From NCBI GenBank assembly GCA_012026655.1, contig JAAILG010000780.1:1-64000 (forward strand): a stretch of 64,000 nucleotides of DNA, in the 5' to 3' direction. Below are positions 1-12,000 of this stretch, in pieces. The stretch's first letter is position 1. Every line of letters begins with the position of its first letter. The position numbers were made by a program, and so were the translations under genes. Origin of the DNA: Hydrolagus affinis. Its lineage: Eukaryota. The notes below the pieces were generated by a model. The model was not told the origin of the DNA. It ran no database searches and saw only the letters and a program-made list of their open reading frames with translations.

Positions 1-3
1 AGA

Positions 4-227
4 NNNNNNNNNNNNNNNNNNNNNNNNNNNNNNNNNNNNNNNNNNNNNNNNNNNNNNNNNNNNNNNNNNNNNNNNNNNNNNNNNNNNNNNNNNNNNNNNN
101 NNNNNNNNNNNNNNNNNNNNNNNNNNNNNNNNNNNNNNNNNNNNNNNNNNNNNNNNNNNNNNNNNNNNNNNNNNNNNNNNNNNNNNNNNNNNNNNNNNNN
201 NNNNNNNNNNNNNNNNNNNNNNNNNNN
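4..227. other. assembly gap (N run)
   Basis: Run of N from 4 to 227. Confidence 0.99.
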
Positions 228-337
228 GTGAGAGTGAGAGTGAGTGAGTGTGAGAGTGAGTGTGAGAGTGAGAGTGAGTGAGTGTGAGAGTGAGTGAGAG
301 AGAGAGTGAGTGAGTGTGAGAGTGAGTGTGTGAGAGT
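228..337. repeat. (GAGT)n/(GA)n/(GT)n compound microsatellite
   Basis: gtgagagtgagagtgagtgagtg... directly abutting the gap. Confidence 0.95.
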
Positions 338-1029
338 TTGATCCACTCCCCCTCCTGTTTGGCAGTTATATCTCAGTTGCACAAATAGACATGAACTCTT
401 CCATAAACCCACCGCCATAACCACTGTTTACCCTGTGACTGCTGTTTGTTAAGGGAACACTGAACTTGAAGTGCGGTCAGAGAGACTGAATGTCGCCCTT
501 GTTACTTTGTTTTTCAATGTTACCGCCGAGCCCCCAAACAAACCAACATATCTGCATTCTCCTGCTGAAAAAAACCTTACATTTCTGCCACCGTGCTTTT
601 TGAGACGTTCTTTCGAGTCGAGATCTGTTACAAACATTAATGCGGATGATCGTGTGCAAGTGATAATATATTTTCCAACGTTATCGTAAAACTAGGCTGC
701 CGGATTCAGCCTCTTCCTCACTGGACAGAACCTTTGACAGCATGATTACAGTCTCCAAACCAAGTGGGGAATGCCATGTGTCCCAGCTACACACTTGGTA
801 ATTCCAGAGACAGACTGTCGGAATGCGATGCACAGGCGACAGTAGGGATTGCATTCCTTCCTTACCTAATTTCAGAAAGTATTAGTTACAGGTTGGCAAG
901 AGCCAAGGCTTTTCAACCCCTCAGGGGATGCATTGGGCTTCTACTAATATCCCAAACCGCACACCTTCCCATTAACAGCACCTGTCTGGCAGGCTTTATT
1001 ATCGTTTTATTTTCTTGAGGGATTCTTAT

Positions 1030-1141
1030 CAGGGGGTGTGGAATAAGAAACATTGTCCAATGTTTTGCCCTGCCGGGAATCTAACCCAGGTTTCTCGCTT
1101 GGAAGGCGAATGCTCTTCACCACTGAGCTGTACAGGACTCC
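1030..1141 (-). mobile_element. tRNA-derived SINE 5' head fragment
   Basis: Reverse complement reads ggagtcctgtacagctcagtggtgaagagcattcgcc...gggttagattcccggcagggc, the same head as the SINE copies at 9488, 33809, 45841 and 51127. Confidence 0.75.
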
Positions 1142-4004
1142 ACAGGTCTTCCATTCTCACTAGTATCCTGAGAATGGAAGCGCTGGATTTGGGATCATGT
1201 AGAAATGTAGGATTTTTCACAGAAAAGCTAAAAATGTATGAAGTTTCTACTCCTACTCCCTTAGGTGCAGGAGAACTCCAATCTCAAGAAAGATTCACGA
1301 GATCGCTTCATACATTCCTTCCTGTCTCTTAACCGCTTGAACGAAAAAGTGGATATAAAGGCAGCAAGTTCCTTTTCACTTTCAACTGCCCAGCCCAGCA
1401 TAAATTTTGCAATGAGTCAGTATCTCCTCGCACTTATTATTGCTTTGGCTTCTTTCCATGTAAATCTACTTAGCAGTTGTACAATGAGAAGGGCTTGTTT
1501 AGCTCTTTGTTTCACCACCAGACTGTAGGCTCGACTGGTCACAAGTCAGAAGACTTTGAAAATTTGGATGCATGTCAGTTTTGCCACCAAGAAAATAATA
1601 TGATTTGGAATTATTATTATGTAATAAGACAAGGATCAATTAATTTTCTTTGGTCACCTGATACATTCTGAAATCCATCAACATGCTTAACAGTATCCAA
1701 CCAGGCAGAGGTTGAGAGATCTATACCATTGACACATGGAAATTAAATGCACCCTCTCTCTCCAGAGGCATTTATAGAGCACCTTTTGCATCAGCACACT
1801 GGACTGTGAAGGGTTTACACCTGAGCTACTTTACCTATCAGGGCTTTGGCTTGTAGGGTTAATGGGAGCTGAGTGAGATGAATCCCTACTCCCCTGTGAG
1901 TGTCTGCTCATACCTCGAGTTAGCTAGTCCAATTCGGACCATGGCTTGAATCTGGAACCTCTAATACTATGCCAGCACAGTGTATTTAGTGGTCAGTTGA
2001 CTTGTATTTTGACAGCGCAATATGTAAATGGCAAAATCGACTTCATACAACACATATTCTAGTAACTTCAACATGGATGTAAAAAGTCTTTCCCATCTTA
2101 TCGGTTAAACGCTTTCAGAAATTGGCCATTTTATAATAAATAATAATAATCCTTGCATTTGATATAGCACTTTCCATATCTTATCAATGTCCCAAAGCGC
2201 TTCACAGAATATAGTGTACAGTGAATTGACTGTATATATTTGTGGGTGAATAGGCATCAGCAATTGGGAGTGGACATGTATTTGTTAGAAAAATAGTGGC
2301 TTTGTTCAAGGAGCAGCGACTTGAAGCAGTGGGTGAAAGCAAAGAAAACATAAAGGCTCCAATTGAGGGGCATTGTGGAGGCTGGAGGCATGAGTTCTCA
2401 CCATGTCTGCTCACCACATTTTTCATAAAAAAATTATGCAATCTTGGAAACTTTATTTTGATGTCCACTAGTTAAAATCTGTTATGGTATAATAGCAACA
2501 AAACCAACAAATTACATTTGTGTATTGGCTTTCACATCAGGAGGACATACCAAGGCGCTGGACAAGGATTTGGGCCCAAACTAGAAGTTTAGGCATTGTA
2601 TGTGAAAAGTGTTGATATTAGTGCACATTGTTGATGTGGGTCAAGTGATTGCTAAATAGCAAATGTTACATATCATGGGTCACTTTTCCACCCACAAAAT
2701 ATACAGGCAGTTCACTTTAGAGTACTGTATATCCTATGAAGAGCTCCGAGACATCTTGGAACACATAATAAGGCACCATATCAAATTAAAGGATTATTAT
2801 TATAATGTGAATCCTCTAGGACTGCTTACAGACATCGATTTCCAGGGCCCCCCGAACACTGATTCTCTAGGACCACCCACCCACCCCGCTTCCCGACCCC
2901 AAAATTCAGTTTCTGAGAAGTTGACATAAGAGGGAAGTTCCTTCAATGGGTTGATTGGTTGTGAGACACCCAGGATTTTCTAACTGCAAATCCTTTCACA
3001 AGTGTCGCAATATTTTTTTATGAGAAAACGACATTTGAATGGTGTCCTGCACTCAAGAGATTGTGTGTGCCGAGTAACTTGGTAACTGACCTTCAGTTGC
3101 GCTCTGGATTGATAATACAAACATAGTCTGCAACTCTTGTCACACTAGAATGTTGTACAGAGCTCATGACCTTCATGCCAGTGCCTTCCAGATAATTATG
3201 AATTTAGTATTTTTTTAAAACGACTGTCTGCCAGAGAAATGCAGGAAGTGGACTAATTGACAAACGTTTGCAGCTTTTATCATCAGAAGACTGATCTATT
3301 GTCTTAGAATCAACCAACCCAGTTTGTATGCCCCAATATACAGTGTAGACTATGCTTGGTTTAGCCATATACTGTACAATGGGATATCTTTCCTAGAACA
3401 CAAATTCCTGCATGCAGCACTAATAAACTGTACCTCCATAATAATAAATAATCCTGTGCACAATAGATTGCTGCATTTGTTTTCACAAAATACATTTTAT
3501 TCACTTTACAATATACTCTGTGAAGCACTTTGAGATTACCAAATAACTCAATCCTAAAATGCTATATTAAATACAATGTTTAATATTAATTATTATCATC
3601 AAGTGCATTAACTGTGTTTTTTAAACTGAAGGCAGCAGTCAGATTGCACACCTCAATGTCACATAAAATTTAAGAATGGGGATTAGAATCAATGATGTTG
3701 CTCTTGCTCCCCATTTCGCTGAACACATTTTGGCACCTCACCCCTGCCCCCCAATAAAAAAAGGCAGGTGAGTTTTGAATGAAACGTATGTAAATATTCT
3801 AATTTGTTAAATATTCTAATCTGTTCTTTTTCCTAATTTTCTCTGCACTGGCTTTGCCCTATTCTTACTGGACTGAGGTTCCCTCAGGGTATACTTGTCT
3901 CCTGTAGATGAATTTTTTCGAACCAATGTTTGCAGTGGGGTTCAAAGGCTTTTTCTTTAATAAACTAAATAATTGGATCCCTTTTTCTTTCTCAGATCAG
4001 CAAG

Positions 4005-5783
4005 ATGCCAGCACCTTGGGTCTGCGGTTTGGGTTTTACTATATTCCCATGTGTTGGTGCAGGTATTTCTCGTTGGACAACCCGGAAGGAGATTTTTCAT
4101 TGGTACTCGACTCTGAAGAAGCCCTCATGGTGTCCAGCCAAGGAGGTTTTTGGCCCTATGTGGACAGCACTGTATGTAGGCATGGGGTATGTAGCACATT
4201 AACATGTACATGTGTTAACGTATCCCTTCTCTTGTCATGCAACTACTACTTTGAGGGTTAAGTATTGAACGTCCTCCCATCATGAAAGGCGCTCTATCAC
4301 TGTAATTTTATTGTTTGTTGTCGTTGTTGAACCCTTAGCTTTCAAGGTGGGTGGAGGAGAAGGTGGCACCTCCTCTAGGGAATGTTCCATCAAAAAATAA
4401 AAACCGCTAGGCCGGCAGTTGATATATTGAATATTTTACAAAGATTTGTTGGCCGTCTTCTCTTTTTGCAAGTGCAATGGGACTGCTGCCTTGGTCATTC
4501 CTCCCCCACTCCCTCCATAATCCATAAATATCATGTTATGTTTCTGCAATGGAAATACAAAAATATTGCTTATGTGGCTCTTGGAAATTTCTCTAACAGG
4601 GTATCTGGCCCTCAGCAGACAAAACGTTGGTTAAATATGAGTTTTATCTTACAGGCGTATTTAAATCTCAAATACTACTGACATAAGGATAGCTAGTGAG
4701 GGATCACTGAGCAATAGATTGATTCAGGATTAATTCTGTGGTCTTTTCTCCATGCGCAGCTATGGTTCTTACCTGGTGTGGAAGGAGTTGGGCGGATTCA
4801 ATGAACGTGCCTTAGTCCCACTTGGCTTATACGGAACCCAGCTCGCACTCAACTGGCTGTGGGTTCCTATTTTTTTTGGCCGACACAAGATTGGTGCCGT
4901 AAGTATGAACAAAAACAAGAGAAGAGATTATTTGGCTATCAGAGTTAATCCTCAACTACCCCATTTTACTGCTGTCAAATTCAGTACTGTTTTGAATTTA
5001 TCCAAGGCTTTTGCCTTGACAACTGCTCCCCTACTGGATTAGTCCATTTACTGCTCTGGAGTAAAGTGATCTCCGCATTGCGTTAAAGCAGTTTTTCCTA
5101 ACATAGAAGTTATGTCACCTTGTCTGAGAAAACAACCAGGGATTATGTTGAAATTAGCTCATGTACCTTGAACATGGCTCACATCAACTAACATGGTTCT
5201 GCATGTTCTCTCAAGGCCTCAGAGTTTCACTCTGGAGGATGAAAAAGTGCAGCAGAGACGGGTTGAGTTGACTCTGGGTGTGCATGGTATAGAGGAGCTT
5301 GTTCACAATAGAAAGCTGCTCAGCCTCATTCTGTTTGCTCAGCCAAGTGTCGCGACATGTGCGGAAACTGATCGCCGTGCTTCGGGGATTCCAAACCCGA
5401 GCTCCACATATTCATGCCACCTACACAAGGAAAGTTCCCTGTGTCTAGAAATGGAGGGACGCACTCCATTTACCTAATTCCAGAGGTGCAGGTTGGTGAG
5501 AGTCAGGGTTTGGGGGGGACCCACCGTGTCTGCAGTTGAAGTATTGCAGGATCCCTGGTGAGAGCAGCAGTTACAAGTTGCAGTGCTGACCCTTGTCTTG
5601 TTGGTGTTTTAGGCTTTTATTGAAATACTCTGTCTATACGGTGCAGCAGCAGCAACAACTGTCTCCTGGTACTCCATCAACAAGACCGCCTTTTATCTCA
5701 TGCTTCCTTACATGAGCTGGCTGACCTTGATTTCCGGCCTGAATTACGTCATCTGGAGAGACAACCGGGATAAGGTGGAGTAG
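4005..5783 (+). CDS. TSPO: Translocator protein (18 kDa, TspO/MBR family), 163 aa, 3 coding exons
   Basis: Coding exons 4005-4186 (acceptor before 3996; phase 2), 4760-4898 (phase 0) and 5613-5783 (TAG), all GT-AG. Translation contains [39 protein letters not shown] and the C-terminal CRAC-like LNYVIWRDN, and is collinear with recalled human TSPO. The non-coding first exon was not located. Confidence 0.95.
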
Positions 5784-6224
5784 AAGCATCTCCTTACTGG
5801 CTGCTGTGGAAAGTCCAGGATCCAATTCCAGCTCAAACCCAAATCTCTTAGTAATACCCAATGTACAACGGAATTGTGTTGACCAGATTTAAAATGATTT
5901 TGAAACAATTCGTCTTTCTGCCATTTTTTTGTTATTACTGTTACCTTGAATTCCACCAACTTGTAACTGTTATTGTTTAAAATGTATTCAAAAAACTTGC
6001 TATTGTGTAATTATATGTACCTGTATCTACTGTGTTTCCCAGTCTGTCTTCTAACTACGAGTCCAATTGCATAGATACTCAGTGTGTAATCTGGTACCTC
6101 ATCACATTCTATACTTTGCTATCAAGTAACCAAACTTTTCTACGACAACCAGTAAACAACAACTATTTGTATTCAGATTTCACTGGAGAATAATGTCATG
6201 GTGGTGCGGTCGGACGATGAACAA

Positions 6225-6475
6225 GGGAGGTGAGCATAGGTGCTGTTGAAGAGATAAATTTTAAAGATAGAGGGAGCGAAGTGAAGGGGCCGGGGTAGGG
6301 AGTTCCAGAGTTTAGGGGTGTAGTGACTGAAGGCTCGGCCACTGATAGTGATGTGGAGGGAGTGGGGGATCCTCACTAGGCCTGTGTTAGCTGGAAGTGG
6401 AGTTGTGGTGGTGGTGGATGGGAGGTGAGTGGGGGGGAGGGGGTGGGGCAGGTGAGAGCAGGCATGGATTACGGG
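6225..6475 (-). mobile_element. L2-clade LINE 3' fragment
   Basis: Minus-strand translation ISGRAFSHYTPKLWNSLPRPL is typical of the L2 ORF2 C-terminus. Confidence 0.75.
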
Positions 6476-7680
6476 AAAATAAGATTTTGAATGTAGATTA
6501 AGTTTTGGGGTACAATTTAAACCGTCACACAGAGTTAATTTTTCTGTTGTGCTGAACAATGATTACTCAAGGTGCAGTAAAACAGATCGGGGTGGGGAGA
6601 GGTTGAACACCAGGGGACATAATACTGATTCTATTTAATCATACTTCAATCATGATTGTGCTTGTAAAATCCACTTGTTCCTTTCAACCAGCTGTCCTGG
6701 ATTACAGCTTTAAAGTGAATGCTGCTTCAAATACTTAGTTTGGCCCCAGTTGAGGTGTTAAATTCTGTCTACAGTCTGTCGCTTTAGATATTTCACTTTC
6801 CCTACCCACAGTTCAGATTACTACTAACACACTGTTATACCCAGTTATGGTATTAGGGAAGGACTTAGATCATGAAGGTTTCTCACCACCAGGTTTGCAC
6901 ATTCAGCCATCACAAATGAAGGAACCCTGTGAACCTCATCATATTGATGTCATTGTCTTAATCAATGCAGCACTGTCCACTAAGGTGGAGTATGATTAAC
7001 AACATACCAGTATATGTACCTTAATTCTATTTACACAGAGGTGCAAGAGAGCATCTGAAGCAACTCACTTCACATTTGATATGCTTCCCCCTTTCCAACT
7101 GTCCTGCATTCAAAGCAGCAAGACTCAATACAGTACTTTGCTTTTAAACCTGCCCCTATGAGGGTTGCAAAGACACCAATTTCTCTACATGTGTTGAATT
7201 GTACATTGTAACCAGAACTAACTAGGGTTAAATTTATACTGATATTTTGCTAGTATTGATTACCGGTAAGTATTTTTCCAGCTCGAATAAGTAATGATGT
7301 TTATGATAGGAGTTTGGACAGCTTTGTTTGTGAGGTGTTTTTTGCCCTCCCCTCCCATTCCCTAGAGATGTCCTCCCAACATGAAAGGTGCAATATAAGT
7401 GTAATTTTGTTGTCGATGCCCCATAATATTTTTATATGTTTGAAGACCTGAGACTTGTTGAGGCTCAACTTTTCAGGCTGCAGAACTAGCATTAGACAGA
7501 GCGCAGAATCCCTCAGATTAACTGTAAACTAAACTCAAACCCTTTTTATAAATACACAGGTATCTGTTGGGGGTCTGTCTATGGGAACACACATTGGGTT
7601 GGACATAAACCCACCGTTTAAGAAAAGAAAAACATGCTTAGTTTAAAATTAGTCAAAGAAATAATACATTTGTAAAAAAT

Positions 7681-8355
7681 CTAATGAATGGAAAGTTTTT
7701 TTTAACGTGTAACGTTTTTTAAAAATGTAGAAATAATTCCATTGTGGAGGCTTTCACTGTCTCTGAGCAACATGCACCATTTCAATCATTGTTTGAATGC
7801 TGTTTGTTAATGTATTTGTGTTTAGCAAAATAAAAAATGGGAAAGTAAACCATGGTCTATCTTATGTGTTCCTTATTCAAATGTTTAACTTCAAATAAAT
7901 CTTTGCACTTTTTTAGTGACCTCTGATGAAGTGTGATTAATTGTTATCTGTTGATCTTGGATCAGGTGTGGATTTGATCCCCGTTATTGTGGAGGTGATT
8001 TGGAAGAGCAGTCCAACTCGCCAATGTTTTCCAATCATTGAAATGCTTTCAGACATGTCAAAGTCGTGATAAATCATCTACATCAAATGTAAGAATTATT
8101 ATTGTTGTAGCAACAACAAAATCACATTTATAGAGCGCCTTTCACGTCGAGAGGACATGAAAGACTACTAAATATTGGTTCGATGCTCACACACATAATA
8201 ATGAATTGTGCCAGTTGCTAGAAGAGTGACCAGCAACCACTTAACTCTTAAGTTAGACAGTGGCAGGTAAACTGGACTCACTTAAAATTGAAGCTCAATA
8301 AGAGACATAGAACTTTGTATAGATTAAAAAGAGAGACAGATAAGATTAGATCCCA
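7681..8355 (+). repeat. diverged direct repeat, copy 1 (pairs with 15061-15827)
   Basis: Collinear shared blocks: ctaatgaat, tgtagaaat..attccattgtgga, ctctgagcaacatgcaccatttcaatca, tgtggaggtgatttggaaga, aagctcaataagaga, gattaaaaagagagacaga. Confidence 0.9.
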
Positions 8356-8538
8356 ATCCCTGGCTTCCTTCAAGTCACGCCTCAAAACTCTCCTCTTCGA
8401 TGGTCCCATCGGCAACTCCTAATCCCTCCCTTCCCAGGTGCCTCTGTCCCCAGTTTAGGTCTGAAACAGTGACTGTTCAGCACCTTGGGACGTCCTTCTG
8501 ACGTAAAAGGCTCTGTACAAGTGTAATTTTGTTGTTGT
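8356..8538 (+). mobile_element. L2 LINE 3' end with (TTG)n tail
   Basis: ttcaagtcacgcctcaaaactctcctcttcga...cagcaccttgggacgtccttctgacgtaaaagg...gtaattttgttgttgtt. Confidence 0.8.
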
Positions 8539-8750
8539 TATCTGCTGTGTGTATCGGCTGTGTGTGTGTGTATCTGCTGTGTGTGTATCGGCTGTATGTG
8601 TGTGTGTATCTGCTGTGTGTGTGTGTATCTGCTGTGCGTGTATCGGCTGTGTGTTTGTATCTGCTGTGTGTATCGGTGTATGTGTGTGTATCTGCTCTGT
8701 GTGTATCAGCTGTGTGTGTGTGTATCTGCTGTGTGTGTATCTGTGTCTCT
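8539..8750. repeat. minisatellite of about GTATCTGCTGTGTGT units
   Basis: Recurrent gtatctgctgtgtgt and gtatcggctgtgtgt units; they explain several Cys/Val-rich spurious ORFs. Confidence 0.9.
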
Positions 8751-8766
8751 GAGCATCTCTGCATCT

Positions 8767-8843
8767 CCTTCATAGAAACAATTGACCCAAGTCATCACAT
8801 GATCGTCCCTTAGCAACTGTTACCTGGTGCTGAGGTATAAACA
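8767..8843 (+). promoter_or_regulatory. candidate promoter of TEX33-like gene: RFX X-box-like motifs plus TATA/forkhead motif
   Basis: GTCCCTTAGCAAC (8805-8817), half sites CATAGAAAC and GTTACC, and TATAAACA (8836-8843), about 260 bp upstream of the ATG at 9099. Confidence 0.45.
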
Positions 8844-9098
8844 GTGTCTGGGATACTCAGCAGCTCAGACAGTGGCAGCACAGATAGAGGACAGGGACAC
8901 AGAGACAGGGACACAGATAGAGAGGTACAGAGACACACAGAGTTCACGTCTCAAGTTGATTGCTTTCCTCTCGTCAGAACCGGGGGATGTTGGGAAGGAG
9001 CGGATTATAAGCAGTGGGGAGGTTCCCGTGAGGTTGATCATTGCTGTAACAGCACCCGGAGGCTCCAGTCCCCATTGCAGCAGCTTCTTGGCTCCAAA

Positions 9099-12000
9099 AT
9101 GCAGGAAAATCCCAAGAATGTCCCAGCGAAATGCCTGACACTGCCTGGTGAGTGTTCCCTCTGCCTGTCTGTCTGTATGAACGAACATCTGGAACAGATG
9201 TTCCAGATCTGCCTGTCTGCCCATTCTGCCCAATCATCTCTCTGTCTGTCACACTGGCAACTCTCACTGCATTTCTGGGACAAGTGCCTCAGTTTCTAAT
9301 TGTTTTCCTATTTGCTTTTATTTTACAGAGACTAAATACACCAAAGTGGCAGGTAGTACAGTCCTTATTTTTTGTTTAAGCGCTCTGAGATGCTGCCCTA
9401 TGTATATAAGTGCAAGTTGTTGTAAATCAGTTGTTTAAAAAGTAAAATTAAACTGTACAGTACAAAGGGAAAACAGATCATTCAGAATCCTGTAGCTTAG
9501 TGATTGGAACATTTACCTTGCAAGCGAGAGGACCTTGGTTAAATTTCTGGGCAGGGTGAAACCTTGGGCAAGTTTCCTTACTCCACACACTTATTTGTCG
9601 ATTCCTATCCAGTTAAACAAAATAAATAATTTGGTCACTCAATCCATGAATGTGTGGGACATTGCCATGCGCTACCTGTTTCGCCCACAAAATACACAGT
9701 CACTCACCACACTTTGCTGTATATTCAGTGAAGCTCTTTGAGACATTTCTACAAGGTGTTAAGGTGCTGTGTCAAATGCTAGGATTATTATTATTATTGT
9801 TCAGCCCAGCCAGCCCGTGTCCGTGTTTATACAACAACACAATTACACTTGTACAATGCCTTACACGTCAGGAGGACATCCCAAGGCACTGGACAGTCTT
9901 TGTTTCAGACCTGAGCTGGGGTCAGGTACGGGGAGGGTGGAGGGAAAGGGGAGATTTGGGGTGATCGATGGGACCGCCAAAGAAGAGGATCTTGAGGCAG
10001 GATTTGAAGGAGGACTGCAGGCAGAGTGGCTGAAGGCTCACCCACCACTGGTGGGGTGGGTGGGTCGGGGGACCTGGAGCAGGCTGGAGCCTGCTGAGCA
10101 GAGGGAGCAGGTAGGTTGGTAGGGGGTTAGCAGGATGACCGCCTCCAGTTTGACCATGACTTGCAAAGTGTGTGTTGGAGTAACTGCTGGGGTTTAACCA
10201 TTGAAAGTACCCTGGCAAACGTTTCCACTGCTTGACTAGCTAGGACCACCCTACCCGTTAGTGCTTTGGCTTGCAGGGTTAACAGTGGCTCAGTGGGATT
10301 ACTCACTGCCCCCAATGACTGGTCTGCCCTTCCAGGTCCTGCCGATGATACAGGCTGGGCTATGGTGTCATCAGCAGTGCCCTGGAATACAGCGGATCCA
10401 CATGGCTCAGGAACTGGACTAGAAATCACCAGAAAGAGTGCCCTCGATTCTCAATTCCCTTGCCAAATATGTCACCTTGGTGGCAGTTCAGCTCCATGCT
10501 TACCTGACCTTCCCTCAACAACCCCCCCACCCCCCCACCCACCACCACACCATGACCTCCACCAAGGAGGACAGGCAATGTAATGATGAGTTAAAATAAT
10601 TGCAGAAGAGTTGTCACACAAGAAGACACCAGCAGAGGACAAGGTACAGGGCTTCCCTGGACGCACCCTCTTCGGCACCACATTGGATCACAAAGCCCTC
10701 ACTAAAGGTAAGGTATTGAGTCAGTACAGCCATCCTGCAGTGCTCTGAAACATTACCCTGACCGAAGGCACTAGGTAAAATCATAGAATTTTACAGCACA
10801 GATGGAGGCTATTCAGCCCATCGTGCCCATGCTGGCTCTTTGAAAGAGCCACCATCTGGTCTCACCCCTGTGCCCTTGCCCCAAAGCCCTGCGCATTTTG
10901 TCCTTTTTAAGTATCTATCCAATTCCCCTTTGAAACCTACTATCGAATGTGCTTCCACCATCCTTTCAGACAAGAAATTCCAGACCATAACACTCTCTGT
11001 GTAAAAACATTTCTCCTTGTCTCCCCTCGGGTTCTTTATGCCAGTTATCTTAAATCTGTATCCTATGATTATCGAGCAGTTTCTACCTATGTCCTCTTAT
11101 CAAAATACTGCATCATTTTGAACACCTCTATTAAATGTCTCCTGAACTTTCTCTGCTCATTCCTGGAAGAAGGTAACATCCTCTCCAAGACCCTGACATC
11201 CTTCCTAAATTATGTTGCTCAGAATTGGACAGAACTTTTTTTTTTTCAAAAATCCAAACGAAATACAAAGTAAAATATCTTCTTTTCCATTTTTCCTTTC
11301 TCATGAAACAAAATAAATTCCGTGGTTTATGGTACATTTCCTCACCTACACACAGGTTGTATTTTTGGGGGGAATGCTCCCTTTAAAGATAGTCGGGAGT
11401 TGCCTCTGTCTGCACCACTCTTTTTTCTGAAAATATATATTTATTTGAAAATATAATCATTGGTAGAACATATAACTTAAAATTGGACACAACATTCCAG
11501 TTGATGTTTGTAAAATTTAAGCTGTGTGTGTTGTTCCTGCCAGTGCCCGACCTGAAGCTCTTCTCTTCTGAGTTGCAGTGCGGACAGAGAAAGATCTGTT
11601 CAAAGCTGATATCCCGAGTGATGCTCACTCTCAACGCCAACCAACACCGGTGCCTCCGCCTCAGGATGTCAGGATCGTCTCCAGCCCTCAGGTGGCCCGG
11701 AACAGTTACCCATGCCATCAAATCCCTATGCCCTCAAAGGAGAGGATCAGGGCACACCCACCGACCCCAGGCAACAAAGCCCCTGAGCCCCAAATTGTGC
11801 ACCTCCGCAGAGTCACTCCTTTCTGCTCATCCTGGCCAGAGAGTGCATCAGTGGACGGGCAGCGCTCTGCCACCCCACAGACAGACCGCAGCGGGACTGT
11901 GGACAGTGTTATCCCAAACAACATCAAGCACAAATTTGGGAGCAAAATTGTGAATGAATTGTTGCCTCGGGAAGAGGTTAGTACATTTAGCTCAATGTTA

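Noticed and set aside
3791-3826. Short tandem duplication taaatattctaat.tgt (similar case at 57094-57130)
   Set aside because: Ordinary slippage-type duplication with no functional indication.
5193-5477. 94-aa ORF inside a TSPO intron
   Set aside because: No recognisable homology or splice support.
8477-8813. Cys/Val- and His/Thr-rich ORFs, and a repeat array superficially like CRISPR
   Set aside because: A minisatellite with no unique spacers in a vertebrate context; the ORFs are translations of the repeat.
11483-11953. 156-aa overlapping ORF
   Set aside because: An alternative frame of the TEX33-like exon; the 11578 frame carries the conserved motif and matches splice phases.
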